This document shows, one piece after another, positions 56,696-64,000 of a stretch of DNA of 64,000 nt. The position numbers were made by a program, and so were the translations under genes. The stretch comes from Candidatus Binatia bacterium (GTDB lineage: Bacteria; Desulfobacterota; Binatia; HRBIN30), in assembly GCA_937925685.1 (NCBI GenBank), contig CALAMI010000008.1, forward strand, positions 142,191-206,190. The letters are read 5' to 3'. The notes under the pieces are model-generated. The model searched no databases. It had not been told where the DNA came from and saw nothing but the letters and a program-made list of their open reading frames with translations. The first letter of the stretch is position 1. Every line of letters starts with the position of its first letter.

Positions 56696-59113
56696 GTGGG
56701 AGGCTTACGTGCGGGCGTTTGCGTGGGCGCCGTGGTGGCGCTCGTGGGCTTTACGGGTGTTCGAAGCGAAGGGAGCGATGCGGAGATTTGGGACAAACAG
56801 GTCACGGGCGAGCAGCAAACGGAGGGTTCCGATCAGCAGCGGAAGGGCACGGTACAGCGCCGAGAGACTTCTCGGACCGATCTTGGCGCTGTCGTCGTGC
56901 GGGCGAGCCGGCCGTTGAGCTCGGCATCCTCGGCAGAGATTCGGGCGCGCGATTTCCTCTTGCGGCCCAGAGGCACTTTGCAGGAGATCCTGAATAACGT
57001 GCCCGGGCTGGTTGTGGCCCAACATCAAGGTGGAGGTAAGGCGCCTCAGTGGCTCGTTCGGGGCTTCGACGGAGATCATGGGACGGATTTTGCTGTCTTC
57101 GTCGACGAGATGCCCGTCAATCTCGTCTCCCACGCTCACGGCCAGGGGTATGCGGACGTGAATTTCGTGATCCCGGAAACGATTCAACGGCTGCAACTTC
57201 ACAAGGGGCCATATTTCCCGGAGTTTGGCGATTTCGCTAATGCCGGGGCTCTGCAAATCGTCACGAAGGACGAGTTTTCAGAGCCCTTCGCCCTGGCGGA
57301 AGGCGGTTCGTTGGCAACGCACCGTTATGTGATTGGGGCATCGCCACGTGTCGGTGCGTGGCGCAGCTTGATTGCCGCCCAGGCGTATTTTTCTGATGGT
57401 CCTTTCGAGCACCCGCAGAATTATTCGCGCTACAATCTGTTTGCGAAGATTCATCGTGCCGTCGACGAGAAACAAATGATCTCGGTGTCCGCAGGGGCGT
57501 ATGCGGGCGATTGGGATGCCTCGGGTCAGATTCCTTTACGGGCGGTTCAAGCTGGTCGTTTGGTGCTGGCCCCGAAAGAACTCGATCCGCAGGCGGCGAC
57601 ACGGCCGTTCAGCCGCTTCGATGCGATCGATCCGACAGAAGGTGGAAGCACGGATCGGCAATTTGTCACCCTCCGCTACCGTACCCAGCCGGGGGACGAC
57701 GACGAGTGGACCGCGCAGCTCTGGGCGCAACGGTACAAGCTGGCGCTCTTTTCCAACTTTACGTTCTATAAGGATACGGGGCTGCGTTTTGTGGAGCGCT
57801 CTGGGAGCATCATCGACGTAGCGGGAGAACCCGTGGATCTCCGGCAGCAGTACCTACCCGGGGACGGGATCGAGCAGAACGATCGCCGCGTCCTTTACGG
57901 CGGGCGCTTGCAGTACCTGCGATATTGGTTTGCAGCCGCTCCGTTCGCGTTTCCTCTAAGAACTCGTGTGGCCGTGGAAACGAGGCACGACCACATCCGC
58001 CTTCGCCTGGATCGTCAGGTTCGGCGGATTCGTTTTTTCCCAGTGAACGCTCTTTCAGTGGACGAACGCTCCTTGGGGGGCTTCGTGGATCAGCAGGTGC
58101 TTTTTACCGACTGGCTGCGCCTCGAAGCGGGGCTTCGTGGAGACGTGTTCTGGTTCGCCGGGGACGACCGCCTTCCTACCGGGGTCGGTTTGCTCGACCC
58201 GATTCTCGAATCCTGCATAGGGCAAAGCGATCCGAATTTTTGTGCCGTACGTGTCGACGGTCACGTGGTTGACTCGATCGTCAGTCCGAAAGCGAACCTG
58301 ATTGTATCCCCCTGGGAGACCACCGACATTTATTTGAACTTTGGTGTGGGTTTCCATTCGAACGATGCCCGCAACGCGATTTTGGCGAAAAATTACCCCA
58401 CCTTGGCCGGGCCTTTGCAAAGTCCGCTGACACGATCGCTAGGGTACGAAATAGGGCTGCGGACGCGTCAGTTTGAGCGCCTCGACCTAGCTACGGCGCT
58501 GTGGCTATTAGACCTGGACAGCGAGCTCGTTTTTTCGGGCGATGCCGGCAATCAAGAAATTGGAGCCGGGGGAACCTTCGAGCCAGCGGGAAAGACGCGG
58601 CGCTGGGGCATCGATTTCGAGTTCCGCTATCAAGCGTTTCCGTGGCTGTTCCTCGACTACGATTTGGCATACGCTGACCCTCGCTTTCGTGGTACCGGAG
58701 AGGCGGTTCCGTTGGCGCCGACGCTTCTGATGAACGGAGGGATCACTGCTAGCCCATTGGAACATTTGGAGGCTGCGTTGCGAGTGCGCTATTTGGGGGA
58801 TCGCCCTGCCATAGAAGACCGCTCCCTTACCGCACGCGGTTACACCCTTTTGGACCTGCTTGCCCGTTACCGCTGGAGAAATGTCGAGACCTCAATTGCC
58901 CTGTTGAATTTATTGGATCGCGATTGGCGCGAGGCGCAGTTTTCGGACACGTCGTGCTTGCTGGGAGAGCTTCAAGACCCGGCGCAGCACCCTGGCACGC
59001 CGTGTTCTATTCGCCCAGGGCTGCAGGGGACCCACGAGGATCCGCCGCCGGACATCCATTTCACACCGGGGAATCCGTTTTGGGTGAGGGGTGGACTAAC
59101 CGTGTACTTTTGA
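56696..59113 (+). CDS. TonB-dependent receptor (probable metal uptake)
   Basis: Plug with VPGL..QHQGGGKA.Q..RGFD.DHGTD, SHAHGQGYAD; beta-barrel pattern; C-terminal aromatic residue (VYF). Confidence 0.92.
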   Translation: MGGLRAGVCVGAVVALVGFTGVRSEGSDAEIWDKQVTGEQQTEGSDQQRKGTVQRRETSRTDLGAVVVRASRPLSSASSAEIRARDFLLRPRGTLQEILNNVPGLVVAQHQGGGKAPQWLVRGFDGDHGTDFAVFVDEMPVNLVSHAHGQGYADVNFVIPETIQRLQLHKGPYFPEFGDFANAGALQIVTKDEFSEPFALAEGGSLATHRYVIGASPRVGAWRSLIAAQAYFSDGPFEHPQNYSRYNLFAKIHRAVDEKQMISVSAGAYAGDWDASGQIPLRAVQAGRLVLAPKELDPQAATRPFSRFDAIDPTEGGSTDRQFVTLRYRTQPGDDDEWTAQLWAQRYKLALFSNFTFYKDTGLRFVERSGSIIDVAGEPVDLRQQYLPGDGIEQNDRRVLYGGRLQYLRYWFAAAPFAFPLRTRVAVETRHDHIRLRLDRQVRRIRFFPVNALSVDERSLGGFVDQQVLFTDWLRLEAGLRGDVFWFAGDDRLPTGVGLLDPILESCIGQSDPNFCAVRVDGHVVDSIVSPKANLIVSPWETTDIYLNFGVGFHSNDARNAILAKNYPTLAGPLQSPLTRSLGYEIGLRTRQFERLDLATALWLLDLDSELVFSGDAGNQEIGAGGTFEPAGKTRRWGIDFEFRYQAFPWLFLDYDLAYADPRFRGTGEAVPLAPTLLMNGGITASPLEHLEAALRVRYLGDRPAIEDRSLTARGYTLLDLLARYRWRNVETSIALLNLLDRDWREAQFSDTSCLLGELQDPAQHPGTPCSIRPGLQGTHEDPPPDIHFTPGNPFWVRGGLTVYF

Positions 59114-59408
59114 GGCGAGGTTTTCTGCCGGCGCACCCTACTCTAGGGCCAGGGACAGTTTTTGCTGAGAGGTGTTCTTCGAGAGAATCGGGCTCCAAGT
59201 GCTGCCCTGCGGGTCACGAAAACTCGGAGCTGCACGAACTGCGTCGTAGCAGCGAGTCCAGTGCTACTGACAGGATAGGCCGCCACAATCCTCTCGGACC
59301 GCAGCATCGCCCGGGACAGATCTAGCCGCGGCAGAGAGGCCGTTGCTCCTCTCCGTCCGATCCCTCCAAGTTTGCGAGCACGAATCTCTACGAGTAGATT
59401 GTGAACCC

Positions 59409-60878
59409 ATGGACGACCGCACTTTGCCCTCTTGCGCGGCAAGCGAAGCACAGAACTTCTTTTTCGACCAACTTGGACTCCAGCCCCGTTGGTTGGAGGA
59501 GAGCGTGGGTAGTGCTTTGTGTCGTCGTTGCGATGATGCCGATTTGTACTTCGAGCATCGAACCGTTGAATCGGTGAGCCTGGAAGACGGTTTGGTCAAA
59601 TCGGCCACCCGACAAACGCGGCAGGGGGTTGGCGCGCGTGTAGTGGTCGGGGATCGAACGGGCTACGCACACACTGACGACCTGACCCTAGAGGGCTTGC
59701 GGCTGGCAACGCGCACGGCGCAAGCCATTGCCTGGCAAGGCGGAGATAGCCGCTCCGTCGCGGTGGTCGTAGAGCGCCCAAGACATAATTTGTACAGTCT
59801 ACATGCTGCGCCGATTCTTGTTCCTGTCGAGGAGAAAGTTCGAGTGTTGCAGCACGTCGACGAATATGCCCGTGCTTTCGATGCACGGATCCGTAACGTG
59901 CTGGCTAGCATCGTGGTGGAACAGAAGCTGGTTCTCATCGTGACGGCCGAAGGGCGGGTTGTCGCGGATGTTCAGCCGCTGGTGCGCATGCAGGTAACCT
60001 GCATTGCAGAGGAGAAGGGCAACCGGCAGCAGGGCACTTTTGGCGGAGGAGGCCGCGTGGCTTTCGACTACCTCTGCGAGAACCAGCGCTACTTGTATTT
60101 TACCCGTAAGGCAGCCCAGCAGGCGGTGCGTAATCTGGATGCGGTGGAGGCTCCGGCTGGCGAAATGGTAGTGGTGCTGGGGCCAGGATGGCCGGGAATT
60201 TTGCTCCATGAAGCGGTCGGCCACGGCTTGGAAGGGGACTTCAACCGCAAGGGAGTTTCGGCGTTTGCGGGCCGATTGGGAGAGGTAGTTGCATCGCCGC
60301 TGTGTACCGTCGTGGACGATGGCACCATTGCAAACCGGCGGGGTTCGCTCAACGCCGATGACGAGGGGACGCCCACGGGGCGGACGGTCCTGATCGAAAA
60401 AGGCGTTCTCGTTGCTTATTTGCAAGATCGTTTGAACGCCCGCTTGATGGGGATGTCTCCTACGGGTAACGGCCGGAGGGAATCGTTCGCTCATCCCCCT
60501 CTGCCGCGGATGACGAATACCTTCTTGTTACCGGGGGAGAGTGACCCGGAGGAGATTATCCGTTCGGTGGATTACGGCTTGTACGCAGTTCATTTTGGGG
60601 GAGGTCAGGTGGACATCACCAGCGGAAAGTTCGTCTTTTCGGCAAGCGAGGCTTACTTGATCGAAAGAGGCAAGGTGACTCGACCGGTCAAGGGAGCGAC
60701 CCTGATTGGCCACGGACCGGAAGTGCTCAAACGAATCACCAGGGTCGGACACGATCTGGGACTGGACGAAGGAATTGGGACGTGCGGAAAGGATGGCCAG
60801 TCAGTTCCTGTGGGTGTCGGCCTCCCTACGGTTCGGATTGATGGGCTGACGGTCGGCGGAACACAACCCGTGGGCTAG
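59409..60878 (+). CDS. tldD: Metalloprotease TldD
   Basis: GPGWPGILLHEAVGHGLEGDFNRKG, PRMTNT, GTCGKDGQSVPVGVG.PT. Confidence 0.95.
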   Translation: MDDRTLPSCAASEAQNFFFDQLGLQPRWLEESVGSALCRRCDDADLYFEHRTVESVSLEDGLVKSATRQTRQGVGARVVVGDRTGYAHTDDLTLEGLRLATRTAQAIAWQGGDSRSVAVVVERPRHNLYSLHAAPILVPVEEKVRVLQHVDEYARAFDARIRNVLASIVVEQKLVLIVTAEGRVVADVQPLVRMQVTCIAEEKGNRQQGTFGGGGRVAFDYLCENQRYLYFTRKAAQQAVRNLDAVEAPAGEMVVVLGPGWPGILLHEAVGHGLEGDFNRKGVSAFAGRLGEVVASPLCTVVDDGTIANRRGSLNADDEGTPTGRTVLIEKGVLVAYLQDRLNARLMGMSPTGNGRRESFAHPPLPRMTNTFLLPGESDPEEIIRSVDYGLYAVHFGGGQVDITSGKFVFSASEAYLIERGKVTRPVKGATLIGHGPEVLKRITRVGHDLGLDEGIGTCGKDGQSVPVGVGLPTVRIDGLTVGGTQPVG

Positions 60879-60883
60879 GATAC

Positions 60884-62233
60884 ATGCTCCTCCCAGAGGC
60901 TGCAGAATTGGTGCTACGTGCGGCGAAGGCCAACGGTGCGACCGCAGCTGACGTGGTGGTCGTTCGCACGAGAACTCTGACTGTCGGCGTAAGATCCGGG
61001 GCGATCGAGAAGGTTGCTCAGGCTGAAGAGAAGCAGCTCGGCCTGAGGGTGTTTGTCGGCAAGCGTAGCGCGGTTTGCTCGACTTCGAGCTTCGCTCCTG
61101 AGGCACTGCGGGACTTTGCTTCAGCTGCCTGTGCACTCGCCAAGGTGGTCGCTGAGGACAACTACGCCGGGCTGGCCGATCTGGAGGAGCAAACGTTGGA
61201 GGGCCCAGATCTGCAACTGTTCGATTCGAGGGTGAGCGAACTTGGGCCGGATGAAGCTCGGCAGCTTGCGGAGCGAGCGGAGCGCAGCGCGCTGGAATTT
61301 GATGTCCGCATCGTCAACTCGGAAGGTGCGGAATGCTCCACGGAGTCGACAGAAACTTGGTATGCGTCAACCATGGGGTTTGCTGCCGGGTATTCGGCTA
61401 CCGTCATCAGCGTGTCCGTGGTGCCTGTGGCCAAGGGCTCTAATGGAATGCAACGCGATTTCTGGTACTCCGTGGTTCGCCAGTTGGAACGCTTGGCTTC
61501 TCCGGAGGACATCGGCCGCAAAGCCGCGGAGCGAACGTTACGCCGCCTAGAAGCGCGGAGCGTCAAGAGTTGCGAAGTTCCGGTTGTCTTCGATTCGGAA
61601 ACGGCAGCTAGCTTATTGGGCCATTTGGCGCAGGCGGTCATAGGCCAGTCGATTTTCCGGGGAACCTCGTTCCTCGTAGGGCGATTGGGCCGCCAGATCG
61701 CACCGAACTTCGTGAACATTGTCGACGACGCGCGCATTCCTGCAGCCCTAGGTTCGAAACCTTTCGATGCCGAGGGTGTGCCAACGCGTCGCCTTGGCAT
61801 TGTGGAGGGTGGGTATCTTCGTTCTTACCTGATGGACTCCTACTCCGCTCGGCGACTAGGGTTTGAGAAGAGCACGGGGAGTGCAAGCCGTGCCGTTGGT
61901 TCGCCACCGTTTGCAGCGCCGACGAACTTTTTTCTCCTTCCGGGGCAGGTGCCCGCGGAGGAAATCGTGAAGTCGCTCAAACGGGGACTTTACGTTACGA
62001 ACCTGATCGGGTTTGGGGTGAATTTGACGACAGGAGACTATTCCCGCGGCGCTGGTGGCCTGTGGATCGAGAACGGACAGTTGACGTTCCCGGTAGAAGA
62101 GGTGACGGTTGCCGGCAATCTTCTGGACATGTTCGCTCGGATTGAAGCAGTCGGTAGCGATCTCGAACTCCGGCGCCGCGTGGCTTCTCCGACGATTTTG
62201 ATCGGAAAGCTGACTGTCGCTGGACGCGGTTGA
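60884..62233 (+). CDS. pmbA: TldE/PmbA protein
   Basis: [35 protein letters not shown]; follows tldD. Confidence 0.92.
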   Translation: MLLPEAAELVLRAAKANGATAADVVVVRTRTLTVGVRSGAIEKVAQAEEKQLGLRVFVGKRSAVCSTSSFAPEALRDFASAACALAKVVAEDNYAGLADLEEQTLEGPDLQLFDSRVSELGPDEARQLAERAERSALEFDVRIVNSEGAECSTESTETWYASTMGFAAGYSATVISVSVVPVAKGSNGMQRDFWYSVVRQLERLASPEDIGRKAAERTLRRLEARSVKSCEVPVVFDSETAASLLGHLAQAVIGQSIFRGTSFLVGRLGRQIAPNFVNIVDDARIPAALGSKPFDAEGVPTRRLGIVEGGYLRSYLMDSYSARRLGFEKSTGSASRAVGSPPFAAPTNFFLLPGQVPAEEIVKSLKRGLYVTNLIGFGVNLTTGDYSRGAGGLWIENGQLTFPVEEVTVAGNLLDMFARIEAVGSDLELRRRVASPTILIGKLTVAGRG

Positions 62234-62249
62234 GACCACGAGGCAAAGC

Positions 62250-62906
62250 GTGCGCTGGCTCGATCGGTGGTGGGTGGTGGTGGTTGGGTTGGCAGTGGCC
62301 ACAAGCGGCTGTGGCTGGTTTCGTGCTCGCCCGGCAATCGACCCTAGGATAGGCGCCAGACAAGAGGGTATCGCCTCTTGGTATGGCCCGGGGTTCCACG
62401 GCAACCCCACTGCGAGCGGCGAGGTGTTCGATCAGTACGACCTGACCGCTGCGCATCCGACGCTACCTTTGGGTACACGTGTGCTGGTGACCAATCTAGC
62501 GAATGGTCGGCAGGTCGAAGTGCGCATTAACGATCGAGGCCCCTTCGTTAAGGGCCGCGTCATCGATTTGTCTTATGCGGCCGCCCGGGTGCTGGGGCTG
62601 ACTCGAGCGGGAACAGCGCAGGTTCGACTAGAAGTTGTCGGATTTACCGAACCAGCACTGCGCGCCGCGAAATACACGATCCAACTGGGCTCATTTGTCG
62701 ATCAACGTGCTGCGGAGCGACTCCAACGGGCCATGAGCCGGAGATTTAGAAGTACCCGCGTTCAGGCCTGGCGGTTGAATGGCCAAACCTACTACAGGGT
62801 TCGCCTCGGCCGCTTCGACCGGCACGATGAGGCGCGAGCCCACGCTCGAGAAGTGGAACGTTTGGGGGTTGTGCCCATCATTGTGCGCGTGGAGGATGAA
62901 CCGTGA
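62250..62906 (+). CDS. rlpA: Septal ring lytic transglycosylase RlpA (lipoprotein, DPBB + SPOR)
   Basis: Lipobox TSGC; [36 protein letters not shown]; SPOR-like IQLGSF...YRVRLG. Confidence 0.92.
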   Translation: MRWLDRWWVVVVGLAVATSGCGWFRARPAIDPRIGARQEGIASWYGPGFHGNPTASGEVFDQYDLTAAHPTLPLGTRVLVTNLANGRQVEVRINDRGPFVKGRVIDLSYAAARVLGLTRAGTAQVRLEVVGFTEPALRAAKYTIQLGSFVDQRAAERLQRAMSRRFRSTRVQAWRLNGQTYYRVRLGRFDRHDEARAHAREVERLGVVPIIVRVEDEP

Positions 62907-63553
62907 GCTGTCCCCCGAAGCCGTGGAAGCCTGCTCTCGAGGTTTTGATCTTACTCGGGATCGCTTTGCCACTCGCTCTGTGGTCGCACCTAACAGCAGT
63001 CTGGATCTTCGTGCCTTTGGTTTATGCGTTCGTTACCAAACGCAGCCTCGACCCCTATGGGATCACCCTGCGCGGTATTCCTGGCCCAATGTTCCATTTG
63101 GGTTTGTTAGTCTGGGTGTTTGCTCCTTACGTTGTCGGGCACTACCTCTTCGCAGTGTGGTATCTAGGCCAAAGATTTACTTTACGTTTTCCAGAGAATT
63201 TCCTCGACCTCGCATTGGAACACTTGTTAGGCGTCGGTTTGGCGGAGGAATTTTTCTTTCGCGCTTATATGCAAACAGAGTTCGATCGGGTTTGGGCACG
63301 CCGCTGGTCACTTCTGGGGGCCCGCTGGGGCCCAGGCCTGCTAGGGGCGAATGCGCTGTTCGCTGTATGCCACGTCTTCAACGGCGGGCTCACCCGGTTG
63401 GTCGTCTTCTTTCCGGGACTCCTTTACGGTTGGCTTTGGGCGCGGACGAACAACCTCTTCGTACCTGCCTTCTACCATGGCTTTAGCAACATCCTGATGA
63501 GCGTGATGCTGGCGTCGTTGCATGGCAGCGTAATCAAATTGTCGGGGCAGTGA
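62903..63553 (+). CDS. CPBP-family intramembrane glutamic protease, myxosortase MrtC-like
   Basis: EEFFFR..MQ, FAVCH, RL.VFFPGL..GW...RT, H...N. Confidence 0.8.
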   Translation: MSCPPKPWKPALEVLILLGIALPLALWSHLTAVWIFVPLVYAFVTKRSLDPYGITLRGIPGPMFHLGLLVWVFAPYVVGHYLFAVWYLGQRFTLRFPENFLDLALEHLLGVGLAEEFFFRAYMQTEFDRVWARRWSLLGARWGPGLLGANALFAVCHVFNGGLTRLVVFFPGLLYGWLWARTNNLFVPAFYHGFSNILMSVMLASLHGSVIKLSGQ

Positions 63554-63761
63554 CAAATTGCGACCCAGTGCCGTTGTGCGGCAGAACCTGCGACAAGCCA
63601 CGGCACGCGGGCGTCGCATAGATGACGCCCGAGCTTGCTGGGGTGGTGCGCAGATAACAAAGACTGTCCCTTGCGGTTACGCTCGAGTCGCGGGGGCTAA
63701 GTTTGAGCCCTGGCCCGCAGCTTGCATTGCGGCGTGGGCTGTCTTCCTTGAGGTGAGAGCG

Positions 63762-64000
63762 ATGGCGATGGACATCACGCAACTGTTGAGCTTCGCGCAC
63801 CGTGAGGGTGCATCGGACGTGCACTTGTCCTCGGGTGAGCCGCCGATGGTGCGCATCCATGGTGACATGAAGCGAATTGAACACCCGCCGCTGACGCCCG
63901 ACCAGGTTCACCGGATGGTGTTCGACATCATGACAGATGCTGTCCGCAAGCAGTTTCAGGAGACCAACGATGTAGACTTTTCCTTTGAGCTTGGAGAAGT
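63762..64000 (+). CDS. pilT: Type IV pilus retraction ATPase PilT (5' part, truncated by the window edge)
   Basis: Translated by hand: MAMDITQLLSFAHREGASDVHLSSGEPPMVRIHGDMKRI...DVDFSFEL; GAGG RBS. Confidence 0.88.
   Translation, partial: MAMDITQLLSFAHREGASDVHLSSGEPPMVRIHGDMKRIEHPPLTPDQVHRMVFDIMTDAVRKQFQETNDVDFSFELGE

Overview
GC-rich bacterial chromosomal window with dense coding. Binatia/Binatota-like origin is inferred only from protein styles such as CxGDCDGDG dockerin-like tails and Cys-rich secreted domains. From left to right: (1) the 3' part of an accessory operon: membrane protein, FtsZ/tubulin-like GTPase with coiled coils, an apparently degenerate tubulin-like partner, and a BrxL-like MCM-type AAA+ ATPase lacking the Lon protease domain (best candidate for an undescribed system); (2) a beta-helix surface-protein gene split at a T6 run; (3) a duplicated DUF1800/DUF1501 pair around a CX5CH cytochrome-c-like protein; (4) a GH-TIM-barrel/GT2 fusion, ABC exporter and three paralogous GT-like genes; (5) an exosortase H-like locus with two paralogous surface proteins carrying a variant sorting signal (PPPIPxxPSPxxPxG-TM-basic), and three Pro/Thr-rich proteins each with dockerin-like and cohesin-like modules; (6) a sigma54-type promoter ahead of an unannotated 52-aa ORF, a tandem IS630-type HTH protein, MoxR and vWA; (7) metabolic genes, a His-rich RAPP-ending leader before a TonB-dependent receptor, tldD-pmbA-rlpA, a myxosortase-like CPBP protease and the start of pilT. 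I saw no rRNA, tRNA, CRISPR array or intact transposase. All family assignments come from motif recognition by eye, not database searches.
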